Below the pieces are notes generated by a model. It was not told the DNA's origin. It worked only from the letters and a program-made list of their open reading frames with translations, and made no database searches. The translations under genes and the position numbers were made by a program. This document shows positions 18,329 through 26,945 of a stretch of DNA of 49,426 nucleotides, in pieces (position 1 is the first letter of the stretch; each line of letters starts with the position of its first letter). The DNA is from a virus, in IMG/VR virus record IMGVR_UViG_3300035698_008779, positions 1 to 49,426 of that record; one strand, 5' to 3'.

Positions 18329-18672
18329 CCTATTACCTCTGCTGCGTTGGTGATTATGTTTAATAAAATATCTTTCGGAATGAAGTTCACTGCGAGGATA
18401 AGAAGCACCAATGCCACGATCCATCGTGCAATAGGGACTCCGACTTTGAACAATACCTTCACCCAAGGGCTCTCACCTTTTAGCATTTCTACAAACCGGG
18501 TGTCCAACACAGACATCCATTTAGTGATGTCTTTAATTTTATCCCGGAGACCGTTGGTGATGATCGCGTGGTCCTCGGCTTGGACCTTACGCATCGATAC
18601 AAGTTCTTTATGGAGCCGTTCGAACTCTGGCTTACAGACACTATCATACATCGCTTTCTCCTCTTTGGTCAT
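18325..18672 (-). CDS. Membrane protein with a C-terminal TM helix (holin or lysis-accessory candidate)
   Basis: GAGGAG 7 nt upstream of the ATG at 18672. IARWIVALVLLILAVNFIP. Translationally coupled to the endolysin. Confidence 0.5.
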   Translation of the reverse strand: MTKEEKAMYDSVCKPEFERLHKELVSMRKVQAEDHAIITNGLRDKIKDITKWMSVLDTRFVEMLKGESPWVKVLFKVGVPIARWIVALVLLILAVNFIPKDILLNIITNAAEVIG

Positions 18673-18713
18673 TGGTGTACTCCTCTGTGATGTGGTTACC
18701 AATTATGTAATTC

Positions 18714-19097
18714 TCAAACGTCAACACTTTTGCCCCATGCAGGTTGCATCTTGAGCAACACATAAAGCCGGTTTAATATGGTATCTGCTGGCTCAAGTGT
18801 TTTCTCAATCTCCACCGGGTCACCATCGACCTCACGTTCCAGCGGAGCGCTTTCTTTACCGTCAATGGTTTCGGTATAGGTTTCTGTTTCAGTTGGAACA
18901 ACTACCAATTGCACATATGTGGTGAGGTTACCTGCCCGAACTGGCGGACTGCCTTTTTCCCGGTCTGCAGCGTCTACATATGCGTATGTAGTAATGTGCA
19001 CGCCGTTGCCTTCAGCGCTCCACGAGTAATTACCTATCCTGTGATATGCCACTGTGAATCTCTCATTGTCAATTGTCTTCGTTAATAGTAATGCCAT
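18714..19097 (-). CDS. Hypothetical protein, 127 aa (tail-fibre-associated position)
   Basis: AAGGAG 6 nt upstream of the ATG at 19097. The longer 19175 start would overlap the fibre gene. Confidence 0.55.
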   Translation of the reverse strand: MALLLTKTIDNERFTVAYHRIGNYSWSAEGNGVHITTYAYVDAADREKGSPPVRAGNLTTYVQLVVVPTETETYTETIDGKESAPLEREVDGDPVEIEKTLEPADTILNRLYVLLKMQPAWGKSVDV

Positions 19098-19108
19098 GTG
19101 GTTCTCCT

Positions 19109-21658
19109 TTAGTTCTTGTATTCCATATAGCCCTGATATAGGCTTATCGTATTCGTCGCCGCCTCGCTCGCCCATTCTGCCGTGAGTGTTACGTCCATGT
19201 CGGCGGTCGTGTCTATTGCGGCGACCGCTATGATTGCTTGCGTTGCCTCGTGTATCTCTATATCGATATGAACCGCCCTTGAACCACCGGCCCCTATAGT
19301 CCGCTGCGTAGCGTTTGCGTCAATGTGCCAATGCGAACCGACTGGAATCTTTTTCAATGCGGGGGTGAGTGTGGTGACCGTACTACCACCGACCTTGATT
19401 CGTAACGTCACCTGATCTCCGGCTGATGATGAATCACCATTCGAAATGATACCATCAGCATGAAACTTAAAAAGATTCCCGGCTACTAAACTATTTGCAT
19501 TCATCACCGCTGTCCACATCGTAGTCTCATCTGTGGTATCCGCAACGGTTACCGTCGCTACGGCTACGTCAGACGTTCTGTCTATAGCCCTTCGGTGTAG
19601 GACGTTCGTGATATAAAAGCGCCCATCGTTGAACTCAACGCTACCAACCTCGGGTGTTGTAAGTGCGGTTCCGGCTGTGAGTTTCAGTGGTGGGTTAGTT
19701 GTTGTCCCGGCTGCAAGATGAGCAAGGGCTGTTGGGTTAGCAGTCCCTATCCCTACGTTGCCGCCTTTCAATATCGTCATTCGTTCTGTGTTGTTTGTCC
19801 AAAAGGACATATCGATGTTTTCAATTGCTCGTAGGTAGACTTCGCTTGCGTCAATACCAAGCCATGCACCGTCAGCTATAGTTGCCCCGTAGGAAGTGTT
19901 GGTAAGCTGGATACGACCGTCTGAAGCCGCCCCGTGAACTACAAGTATGTTTGCAGGATCATCACTACTCCCGATGTTCACTGAGCTGTAGAACTTACCT
20001 ACCCCCGCAACATCCAGCGTCCCAGCAACATCCACCCCAGCAGCCCCCGCAACAAGCCCATTAGCAAGAGCATCGGAGGTTACCTTGAATTGGACATCAT
20101 CAGTCGCAAGGGTGGTTGATACTACAAAATCCGCAGCAACTGTCACTGATCCAATCGTTAAGGAACCATATCCTATTAAACCGGCTTGGGTATTACTTCC
20201 CATTCCATAATCACCAATTCGAAAGTCCCAAGAATTCTGGTTATCTGCTGACGCTCCAGCAAGTGTCCGTTCTAAGCGCATTGGTTGATTGCCCGGAACA
20301 GTTCCATATGCTTGAACATGTAGTGCGTTATATGGAGCGTCTGGGCGGTTTCCTAAGGCTACTTTACCAGTTGACGATAGCAAAAATACACTAACATTAC
20401 TTCCATTCGTAAACCCAAGCATACCACTTGGATTTGCGAAATACCCTAGTTGCCACTGCTTAACGTCATTCTCTTGAAACTCAAGTAACGAATTCCATCC
20501 AGTTTTCCCATTCATGACCATTATTGCATTGCCATCTGGATTTTTGATTTCTAACATCTCTGTCGGTGAAGTTTCACCTACTCCAAGGGTCCCAGCAACA
20601 ACCGTATTCCCTGTAGCAGCAGCGACTGTGAATTTGTCGGTGTTGACGGAGAAGTCATCGACCACATTCAACGCACCCGTGAGGCTAACCGAGGTCCCTA
20701 CAAGCGCCAACGTCCCTGCACTTGTGATATCCAAGGCCCCACTAGTCAGGGTCTCTATTGACAGCGCAGCACCGGTTACCGAGACATTCGATGCTAGTAC
20801 GCCATCGATAGAGAACGACCCCGAGTCCATTGTAATTGGCTTTGTAGCCGTCGCAGAAAGATATATCCCACCTGCATCAGCAATTACCCTTATTGCGTTA
20901 TCTGCTGTACCCGTTGTCGCTCGTAATGTAGCTTGTGTGGCACTCGAAATAATGATTGGGCCTGAATCTGAAGTCAAGTTTACAGCGGAAAACCCCCCAT
21001 TCGCAGAAATACCAACAGCCGTGGCTGATGAGATAACAACATCTCCACTAGTAAGAGTTGAAAGAGTTAAATCAGCTCCTGTTACAGATACATTTGAATT
21101 CCCAATACTATCGATGGAAAATGACCCAGAATCCACTGTAAGCAAGGTGCCATTGATATTTGTGGCCCCTGTGGAGGGGGTAACTATGAATTTATCCGTG
21201 TCAACTGTGAGAGTTCCAGTAACCCCTAGGGTACTTGATAACGTCATAGCCTCTGCACCGATAGTACCAGTTAACGTGGGGCTCGCGCTCATTACCACAT
21301 CACCTGTGCCTGTCATGGTGTTGCTAACGAGGGTCTTTGTTGCATTGGTAAACACCGGTAAGGACGCCGTGAGGGAGGAAATGATCGGAGCCACCGTGAG
21401 GGTAACAACTCCTGTAAAGGTAGAAGTCCCCGTGATAGTGAGGTTACCCCCCACTGCGAGATCCGTTGCTATCGCAAGGTCCCAAGGGGAGATAAGGGTA
21501 AGCGTTGGCGCAGCATTGCTCTGCGCGTCATCGAAGTTCCATGCATCAAAGGGGTGGTAGTATGGGGACTGTGAGAGGAGATCAATAGAACTCGCACGGA
21601 TATCGGGGGTAACCGAGTCTCCTACTACATCTCGTTCACCGAATTTGAGATCTGGCAT
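19109..21658 (-). CDS. Tail fibre protein 2 (849 aa)
   Basis: G/T/S/A/V-rich beta repeats. Duplicated DSGSFSID...NVSVTGA module. N-proximal module shared with fibre 1. Confidence 0.75.
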   Translation of the reverse strand: MPDLKFGERDVVGDSVTPDIRASSIDLLSQSPYYHPFDAWNFDDAQSNAAPTLTLISPWDLAIATDLAVGGNLTITGTSTFTGVVTLTVAPIISSLTASLPVFTNATKTLVSNTMTGTGDVVMSASPTLTGTIGAEAMTLSSTLGVTGTLTVDTDKFIVTPSTGATNINGTLLTVDSGSFSIDSIGNSNVSVTGADLTLSTLTSGDVVISSATAVGISANGGFSAVNLTSDSGPIIISSATQATLRATTGTADNAIRVIADAGGIYLSATATKPITMDSGSFSIDGVLASNVSVTGAALSIETLTSGALDITSAGTLALVGTSVSLTGALNVVDDFSVNTDKFTVAAATGNTVVAGTLGVGETSPTEMLEIKNPDGNAIMVMNGKTGWNSLLEFQENDVKQWQLGYFANPSGMLGFTNGSNVSVFLLSSTGKVALGNRPDAPYNALHVQAYGTVPGNQPMRLERTLAGASADNQNSWDFRIGDYGMGSNTQAGLIGYGSLTIGSVTVAADFVVSTTLATDDVQFKVTSDALANGLVAGAAGVDVAGTLDVAGVGKFYSSVNIGSSDDPANILVVHGAASDGRIQLTNTSYGATIADGAWLGIDASEVYLRAIENIDMSFWTNNTERMTILKGGNVGIGTANPTALAHLAAGTTTNPPLKLTAGTALTTPEVGSVEFNDGRFYITNVLHRRAIDRTSDVAVATVTVADTTDETTMWTAVMNANSLVAGNLFKFHADGIISNGDSSSAGDQVTLRIKVGGSTVTTLTPALKKIPVGSHWHIDANATQRTIGAGGSRAVHIDIEIHEATQAIIAVAAIDTTADMDVTLTAEWASEAATNTISLYQGYMEYKN
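21209..21415 (-). repeat. Module shared between the two fibre genes (fibre 2 copy)
   Basis: VTLTVAPIISSLTASLPVFTNATKTLVSNTMTGTGDVVMSASPTLTGTIGAEAMTLSSTLGVTGT. Confidence 0.8.
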
Positions 21659-21662
21659 GAGG

Positions 21663-24600
21663 TTATACCTCGTACCAGATGGTTATCCAGCCGCGGTTGT
21701 ACGATGTTGAATCGAAAGCAGTTGTGTTAAAAGCACCAGATCCTGCTAAGCGAATATTTGTGGAATCAATATCAACAATACTTAAATCGTCACTGCGCGG
21801 AGCAGGATAACGATCAGTATCGGTATCATTTCTAATGATAAAAGTCGCTGTTCGAATATCTGTCCATGTTAATCCATGCGCTACTGATACAGTTGTAACT
21901 GAATCTATAGGCCAATCACCGATATCTATAACCTTACAAGCAAGCTTCGTAGTACCTGCATCGAAAGAAAGCGAAGTCGCGTTAAAAACTTGTGCGGTAC
22001 TCCATGTAAGAGCACCATCAACAGTCACAGCCCCTAGGGTACCGCCATTAATATCAAAAGCAGAACCCTCGATTTCTACCGCACCGGCTTCGAGTTTCTT
22101 CCCGAGTGTGATCTTCTCATCAGCATTTGTAGTTACAAAAGTGAGGTAGGAATTTGCAGCCTCCTTAACGGTAAACGCAGCCGCAATGTTGTCGTCCAAC
22201 GCGATGTTAATAGTATCCCCATCGGCAGATAGCGAATCAAGTGAGATATCTCCTACTTGCGTGATATCAGTATCTCCGAAGTTCACTCCTCCATTGAATT
22301 CAGCAGCACCTGTTACCGTAAGTGCGTCGGAAAGGGTTATTGATACCCCACCGATGGTGCCGGTCAATGTGGGCCCATCTGCACGTACAACATTACCTGT
22401 ACCAGTTGTAGCAACCGAGACAAGTCCATTAGTGGCATCAGTAAAGACTGCCCGAGACGCTGTTAACGACGAAAGCACCGGTTGTGCCGTGAGTGTAACA
22501 ATCCCCGTTAATACAGAAGTACCATCCACCGTGAGAGTCCCATTTGTTTGAATGTTACCTGTGGTCGCAATAGTTGCACCTGTGTCGCCATACCCACCGC
22601 CTACTTCGACAGACGTAACACCTGAAATAGTACCACCAGTGATATCAAAATTGGACCCTTCAATTTCCACCGCACCTGCTGTAAGTTTTTTTCCGAGAGT
22701 AATAGTCTCCCCTGCATCAGTAGTAACGAAGGTAAGATACGCATTAGCCCCTTCCCCAATAGCGAGAGCTGCCGCAATGTTATCAGTGAGTTCAATAACA
22801 ACACCTGTAGCCCCATCAGCAGAAATCGAGTCAAGTGCGATATCTCCGACATTGGTGATATCGCCCTCAGTAACAGAGAGGCTCGTTAATGTTCCAGCTC
22901 CAGCCCCCAGAGAAGTAAACAAACCAGCAGCGGCTTCTCCGTCACCAATAGGCCCCGGAGTGGACATCTTTGCGACAAGATGCGAAGGAAGCACCACAAG
23001 AGGTCCAACAGTTCCGGAATCAGCAGCACCTGTGACACTCTCTGTTTCTGTCGCGAGTTCCACAATACCAACAGCGATGGCGGATGCATTATTTACCCCA
23101 CCAACCACAAGAGCAGCGATTTCGACATCAACATACCCTTGCGTAACAAGTTTATCATTATCTGACGCACCGCTTGGGGTTATAGAAGCTACCGAAGTGG
23201 TAGCACTATTAATTGTAATATCAAGATGGTTTGCAGTGCCCCAGTCAAGGGTATTATTTGTTGTCCCAATGGTACTTGTGGTTGTAATCGCACCAGTAGC
23301 TAATGTAGCAACACCCGTTATACCTCCAGCGGTTACAGAAAATGTCCCGTCAGTTATAGTACCACCACTAATCGTCCCAGTAGTTGTTATCGCACTCGCT
23401 CCGTTGTTAATTGTCCCAAATCCAGATGTTATTGAACCTGAATCAAGTGCGCTAACTGTTACAAGCCCAGCAAGGGTAGTCACCGCAGGATGGGTAACTG
23501 TAGAGAGTGTACCAGTCAACGTTGTACCACTTACCGTGCCGGTGGTAGTTATATCACTTGAGCCATTGTCGATAGCTCCAAAACCACTAGTTATAGAACC
23601 ACTATCTAATGCCCCAACAGTTACTACATTCGCAACAGTAGTTATACTTGCTTGAGTCGCACTCGTAACTGTTAATGCGGTTCCAGAAGCGTTTCCCGTC
23701 ACATTACCTGTAAGAGGCCCATCAAACCCTGTAGCAGAAAGAATTCCTGTAGTGGCCGCATAAGTTAATCCAGCATTAGTCTTAATAGCTAAATCCCCAG
23801 TCGCGCTATTAAACATCGCGATAGAAGAAGTTGCATCAGTAGAAGCTGCAACAGTGATAGTCGCAGCAAGAGTTGCTGTATCCGCATTACCAGTAACTGC
23901 CCCAATAAACGTAGTGGAGGAAATTGAAACTCCTCCTGTGTATGTTCCAGCAGTGCCGCTGAAGGTTCCATCTGATAGCGTACCACCTGTAATAGTGCCT
24001 AGAGTCGTTATCGCACTAGAGCCGTTGTCTATTGATCCAAAGCCAGAGGTGATTGATCCTGAGTTTAAAGCCCCGACAGTAACGACATTAGCTACTGTGG
24101 TGATACTTGCTTGGGTGGCCCCAGTAACAGTTGCTGCAGAACCAGAAACATTCCCAGTTACATTACCTGTTAACGCACCATCAAACGCAGTAGATGATAT
24201 TGAAGTCGCCCCCGTCACAACCCCTGCATCAATACTTATCGTCTCATCAAGGACAATAGCACTCCCGGTTGTAGGAGTTATAACAAGCGCCCCAGAGGTT
24301 GTATAAAGGGTATTTAAATGCAACCGGATATTAGTGGCAATCAAGGTCCCTGCACTCACAACACCATCAAAGTTCGTAGTAGCTGAGAACGTCTTTGCCC
24401 CGGTAATGGTCTGTGTGCCCGCAATGGTGACGAACCCCGTAGGCCCAATAGCTTCTTCCCAGCCAGCAGACCCGGAAGTCCCGTTATGAATGTACAAAGT
24501 ACTCTCGTCGGTTGCCCAAAAAAGTCTCCCTGCGTCTTGTGCAGAGAGCGTCGTGGTAGTGCCTCGTGCGCGATAGGCAGGAAGGTTCGCTACCTCATCA

Positions 24601-24803
24601 TACCATATAATCGCAGACCCTTCCCTATGCCACCAGTCGGCAGCTTGGGCACCAGAGGACTCAGTAGTATCACTCCATATAATATGCTCATGCTGAATCC
24701 GTGCCTCAACGTCTGCACGGGTTTCACGAATGCGGTTATCCCCTTCCGTTGGGGAATCCGTCCCGAGAGGCTTTTTTTTAAAATCTGTGTCCCATGTAGC
24801 CAT
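21663..24803 (-). CDS. Tail fibre protein 1 (1046 aa)
   Basis: Fibre-type N-terminus (GTQTITGAKTFS), three copies of one module and two of another, G/T/S/A-rich composition. Confidence 0.8.
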   Translation of the reverse strand: MATWDTDFKKKPLGTDSPTEGDNRIRETRADVEARIQHEHIIWSDTTESSGAQAADWWHREGSAIIWYDEVANLPAYRARGTTTTLSAQDAGRLFWATDESTLYIHNGTSGSAGWEEAIGPTGFVTIAGTQTITGAKTFSATTNFDGVVSAGTLIATNIRLHLNTLYTTSGALVITPTTGSAIVLDETISIDAGVVTGATSISSTAFDGALTGNVTGNVSGSAATVTGATQASITTVANVVTVGALNSGSITSGFGSIDNGSSAITTLGTITGGTLSDGTFSGTAGTYTGGVSISSTTFIGAVTGNADTATLAATITVAASTDATSSIAMFNSATGDLAIKTNAGLTYAATTGILSATGFDGPLTGNVTGNASGTALTVTSATQASITTVANVVTVGALDSGSITSGFGAIDNGSSDITTTGTVSGTTLTGTLSTVTHPAVTTLAGLVTVSALDSGSITSGFGTINNGASAITTTGTISGGTITDGTFSVTAGGITGVATLATGAITTTSTIGTTNNTLDWGTANHLDITINSATTSVASITPSGASDNDKLVTQGYVDVEIAALVVGGVNNASAIAVGIVELATETESVTGAADSGTVGPLVVLPSHLVAKMSTPGPIGDGEAAAGLFTSLGAGAGTLTSLSVTEGDITNVGDIALDSISADGATGVVIELTDNIAAALAIGEGANAYLTFVTTDAGETITLGKKLTAGAVEIEGSNFDITGGTISGVTSVEVGGGYGDTGATIATTGNIQTNGTLTVDGTSVLTGIVTLTAQPVLSSLTASRAVFTDATNGLVSVATTGTGNVVRADGPTLTGTIGGVSITLSDALTVTGAAEFNGGVNFGDTDITQVGDISLDSLSADGDTINIALDDNIAAAFTVKEAANSYLTFVTTNADEKITLGKKLEAGAVEIEGSAFDINGGTLGAVTVDGALTWSTAQVFNATSLSFDAGTTKLACKVIDIGDWPIDSVTTVSVAHGLTWTDIRTATFIIRNDTDTDRYPAPRSDDLSIVDIDSTNIRLAGSGAFNTTAFDSTSYNRGWITIWYEV
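22038..22268 (-). repeat. Intragenic repeat family B of fibre 1, copy 2
   Basis: GDISLDSLSADG...DNIAAAFTVKEAANSYLTFVTTNADEKITLGKKLEAGAVEIEGSAFDINGGT. Confidence 0.85.
22308..22508 (-). repeat. Module shared between the two fibre genes (fibre 1 copy)
   Basis: VTLTAQPVLSSLTASRAVFTDATNGLVSVATTGTGNVVRADGPTLTGTIGGVSITLSDALTVTGA. Confidence 0.8.
22629..22862 (-). repeat. Intragenic repeat family B of fibre 1, copy 1
   Basis: GDIALDSISADG...DNIAAALAIGEGANAYLTFVTTDAGETITLGKKLTAGAVEIEGSNFDITGGT. Confidence 0.85.
23370..24185 (-). repeat. Intragenic repeat family A of fibre 1: three copies (24000..24185, 23538..23726, partial 23370..23486)
   Basis: Protein module LTGNVTGN.SG.A.TVT.ATQASITTVANVVTVGAL.SGSITSGFG.I.NG.S.ITT is repeated. 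The DNA copies differ at many synonymous sites. Confidence 0.85.
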
Positions 24804-24809
24804 TGTGCG

Positions 24810-25697
24810 TTATCTCCTTATCTTCCCGTAGGTATTTATGCGGTCATTAGAAAACATATATGTCCCTACAAGCTGCCGCATGGTGTCTATGAAATCGTGC
24901 TTAGCCGCGTATGCATCCTGTAAGCCCTGTGCCCGCATGTAACCCCACCAACGACCCCAGAGGGCAATCGCATAGTGGTACATCTCAGGAAGCTCGGGTA
25001 TGTCCGTACCGGAACTCAATTCCGCGGGCATTCGGACGTATTCCATCCGATACCAACGGGAGTCCTCAGAGGTGTAGTTAAAGCGGATTTTATCATCTTG
25101 GAAGAGGTACTCAGTAGGGTTACCAAAGGTAGTGAGAAGGGTAATGAAGTTCTCTGTTCTAGAGGATCTCTCCACTTCGAGTGATTCCTCCATATCATAC
25201 AACATCTGGGGGACAACGAATCCAGTAGGTTTCACCATGTTGTAAGTAGTACTCGTCTCGAGATCTATGAAGTCCTTGGAGAGCTCATAGGCCTCAGTAG
25301 TGGGGGCTGTGCCGAGGGCCTCGTTGAGGGTGCAAGTCAAAGTAGAAGCAGTGTAATCCATAATACGTCGTGTGGTACCACCGACCTTTATGGTCCAGTC
25401 ATTAAAATCATCATCGGAAGTACCGATAAAGTCTGCTGCCGGGAGGACCACTGTAAGCGTTGTCCCTGTATCGTCGAGCGTCCCTGAAGTGTAGTACGTC
25501 TGAAACAACGTGGTATCCGTTTGTTTCGGGTACCGGAGGCCAATGCCGGTTGACGGGTCACGCCATGTGGCAACAGTGCGTAGCCCATTGTTCACAGCCC
25601 GCGTGAGCTCTGCGTCATACCCATCCGTAACGTTGTACAGGTCACTCTGCTCCCCAGTAAGGGTCCATATGTCTAGTTGGATCTCATCTAAGGTCAT
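24810..25697 (-). CDS. Structural protein (295 aa), possible head-tail adaptor or tail protein
   Basis: AGGGGG 5 nt upstream. Sits immediately upstream of the fibre genes. No motif recognised. Confidence 0.4.
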   Translation of the reverse strand: MTLDEIQLDIWTLTGEQSDLYNVTDGYDAELTRAVNNGLRTVATWRDPSTGIGLRYPKQTDTTLFQTYYTSGTLDDTGTTLTVVLPAADFIGTSDDDFNDWTIKVGGTTRRIMDYTASTLTCTLNEALGTAPTTEAYELSKDFIDLETSTTYNMVKPTGFVVPQMLYDMEESLEVERSSRTENFITLLTTFGNPTEYLFQDDKIRFNYTSEDSRWYRMEYVRMPAELSSGTDIPELPEMYHYAIALWGRWWGYMRAQGLQDAYAAKHDFIDTMRQLVGTYMFSNDRINTYGKIRR

Positions 25698-25706
25698 CTA
25701 GACCCC

Positions 25707-25979
25707 CTATTCGAACATATAATAGACTTGCCCGTTATCAATGGTATCAGACTCAAGTCCTATCAACCACCGATTCCCAAAGGGCCATTCGATATCTCGA
25801 GCGAGGTTTGTACCTGCTTTAAGGGCAAGTACCGTGGCCCCTGTACCATCTTTGATAATGAGGTCATCCGTAGCCCCAGTTGCTCCATCCCAGTAAAGAT
25901 GTCGAATAAGCACAGTCTCCGGTATGTTATCTCCATTCGTTGCATGGAGTACTCCAAATTTCGTTGCAGCAGTAGCCAT
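25707..25979 (-). CDS. Hypothetical small beta-rich protein, 90 aa
   Basis: GGAGG upstream, compact spacing within the late operon. Confidence 0.6.
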   Translation of the reverse strand: MATAATKFGVLHATNGDNIPETVLIRHLYWDGATGATDDLIIKDGTGATVLALKAGTNLARDIEWPFGNRWLIGLESDTIDNGQVYYMFE

Positions 25980-25981
25980 TA

Positions 25982-26257
25982 TCAGCCTCCTTCCTTAATA
26001 CCACCAGTCCCGGGTGGGTCTAGGTAGTGTTTGAATCGAATACAATATGGGCCACCGTTGACGTAGACGATTTGGTCTTTCGGGTAAGTGAACCCGCATA
26101 TCAAGCAGTTGTCCCATTCCTTCCATGCGAAGTTCTTATCGTTGGCGAACTCCGCTTCATACATTATAACCGTTTCCTCATTACTTGTCTTGGACTTCTG
26201 TGTGAGGTGTTGGGGGATTTCGCGTTCTTCGTTGTACTTGAGGTCTTCTCTAGCCAT
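25982..26257 (-). CDS. Hypothetical protein, 91 aa, with CxxC...C
   Basis: AGGAG 9 nt upstream. Overlaps the glycosyltransferase stop by 8 nt. Confidence 0.55.
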   Translation of the reverse strand: MAREDLKYNEEREIPQHLTQKSKTSNEETVIMYEAEFANDKNFAWKEWDNCLICGFTYPKDQIVYVNGGPYCIRFKHYLDPPGTGGIKEGG

Positions 26258-26894
26258 CGGGTTTGTCTCCTATCCGGAACTCCCAGAATTTCTGATGGCC
26301 CAGTTTGATACTCGGGTCACACCAGATGTCAAAACCCTTCTCACGGACATCTTGGGAGAACACAACATCCTCACCCATGAAAGTCTTAGAGATTACATGC
26401 GTTGCAGTGTGGAACCACGGCCAGTCAAGGGCCTCTATGACCCCTTGTTTAAGGAGAATAAACCCACCACCAACGAAGTCAACCTTGAAAGGTTCGTCAA
26501 ACATCTCATCATATTGCCAGTTATACCAACGAATACCCTGTGCATCGTCACTAATCATGCCGACAGAGCAGTAACCATCAAGGCCGAGAACATAAGGCCC
26601 GACTACTACATCACGATCTAAGCGAATTGCTTTTGCGATGTCTTCTGCTCTCCAGACCATATCACTATCAAGCATGAGGATGTAGTCGTATGGTTTCCCT
26701 GCAAGGGGTCGTGGTGGCATGGCTTCCGCTTCTGCAGCAAGTGCGGCAGTACGTGCAGTGTAGATATTCGCAGATCCATTCCCGCTGAACATAACCTCAA
26801 TACCGTGCTGAGCACAGTAATTAATCGTATCTACCATCGATTCCACATATCCTTGTGAGAACTGCCTTCCGGGGGTGACCAATGCTAAAGTCAT
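26250..26894 (-). CDS. GT-A fold glycosyltransferase (family 2-like)
   Basis: YDYILMLDSDMVW (DxD motif), GGGFILLK, FMGEDVVFSQDVREKGFDIWCDPSIKLGH. Confidence 0.55.
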   Translation of the reverse strand: MTLALVTPGRQFSQGYVESMVDTINYCAQHGIEVMFSGNGSANIYTARTAALAAEAEAMPPRPLAGKPYDYILMLDSDMVWRAEDIAKAIRLDRDVVVGPYVLGLDGYCSVGMISDDAQGIRWYNWQYDEMFDEPFKVDFVGGGFILLKQGVIEALDWPWFHTATHVISKTFMGEDVVFSQDVREKGFDIWCDPSIKLGHQKFWEFRIGDKPDG

Positions 26895-26910
26895 AATGTT
26901 TTCCTGTAAG

Positions 26911-26935
26911 TAAATAAAGGGGCCGTGAGGCCCCT
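26911..26935 (-). terminator. Rho-independent terminator after the capsid / beta-helix genes
   Basis: On the minus strand: AGGGGCC-tcac-GGCCCCT followed by TTATTTA. Lies in the 51-nt gap between 26946 and 26894. Confidence 0.75.
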
Positions 26936-26945
26936 ATAAGATGAT

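Noticed and set aside
20514-21560. 348-aa plus-strand ORF antisense to tail fibre 2. Similar cases are 22552..23655, 23854..24306, 22186..22551 and 21835..22149, antisense to fibre 1.
   Set aside because: These are shadow ORFs created by the G/T/S/A/V-rich repetitive fibre coding sequence. They have no SD and P/V/S/A-rich low-complexity translations. The minus-strand frames are long, SD-led and fibre-like.
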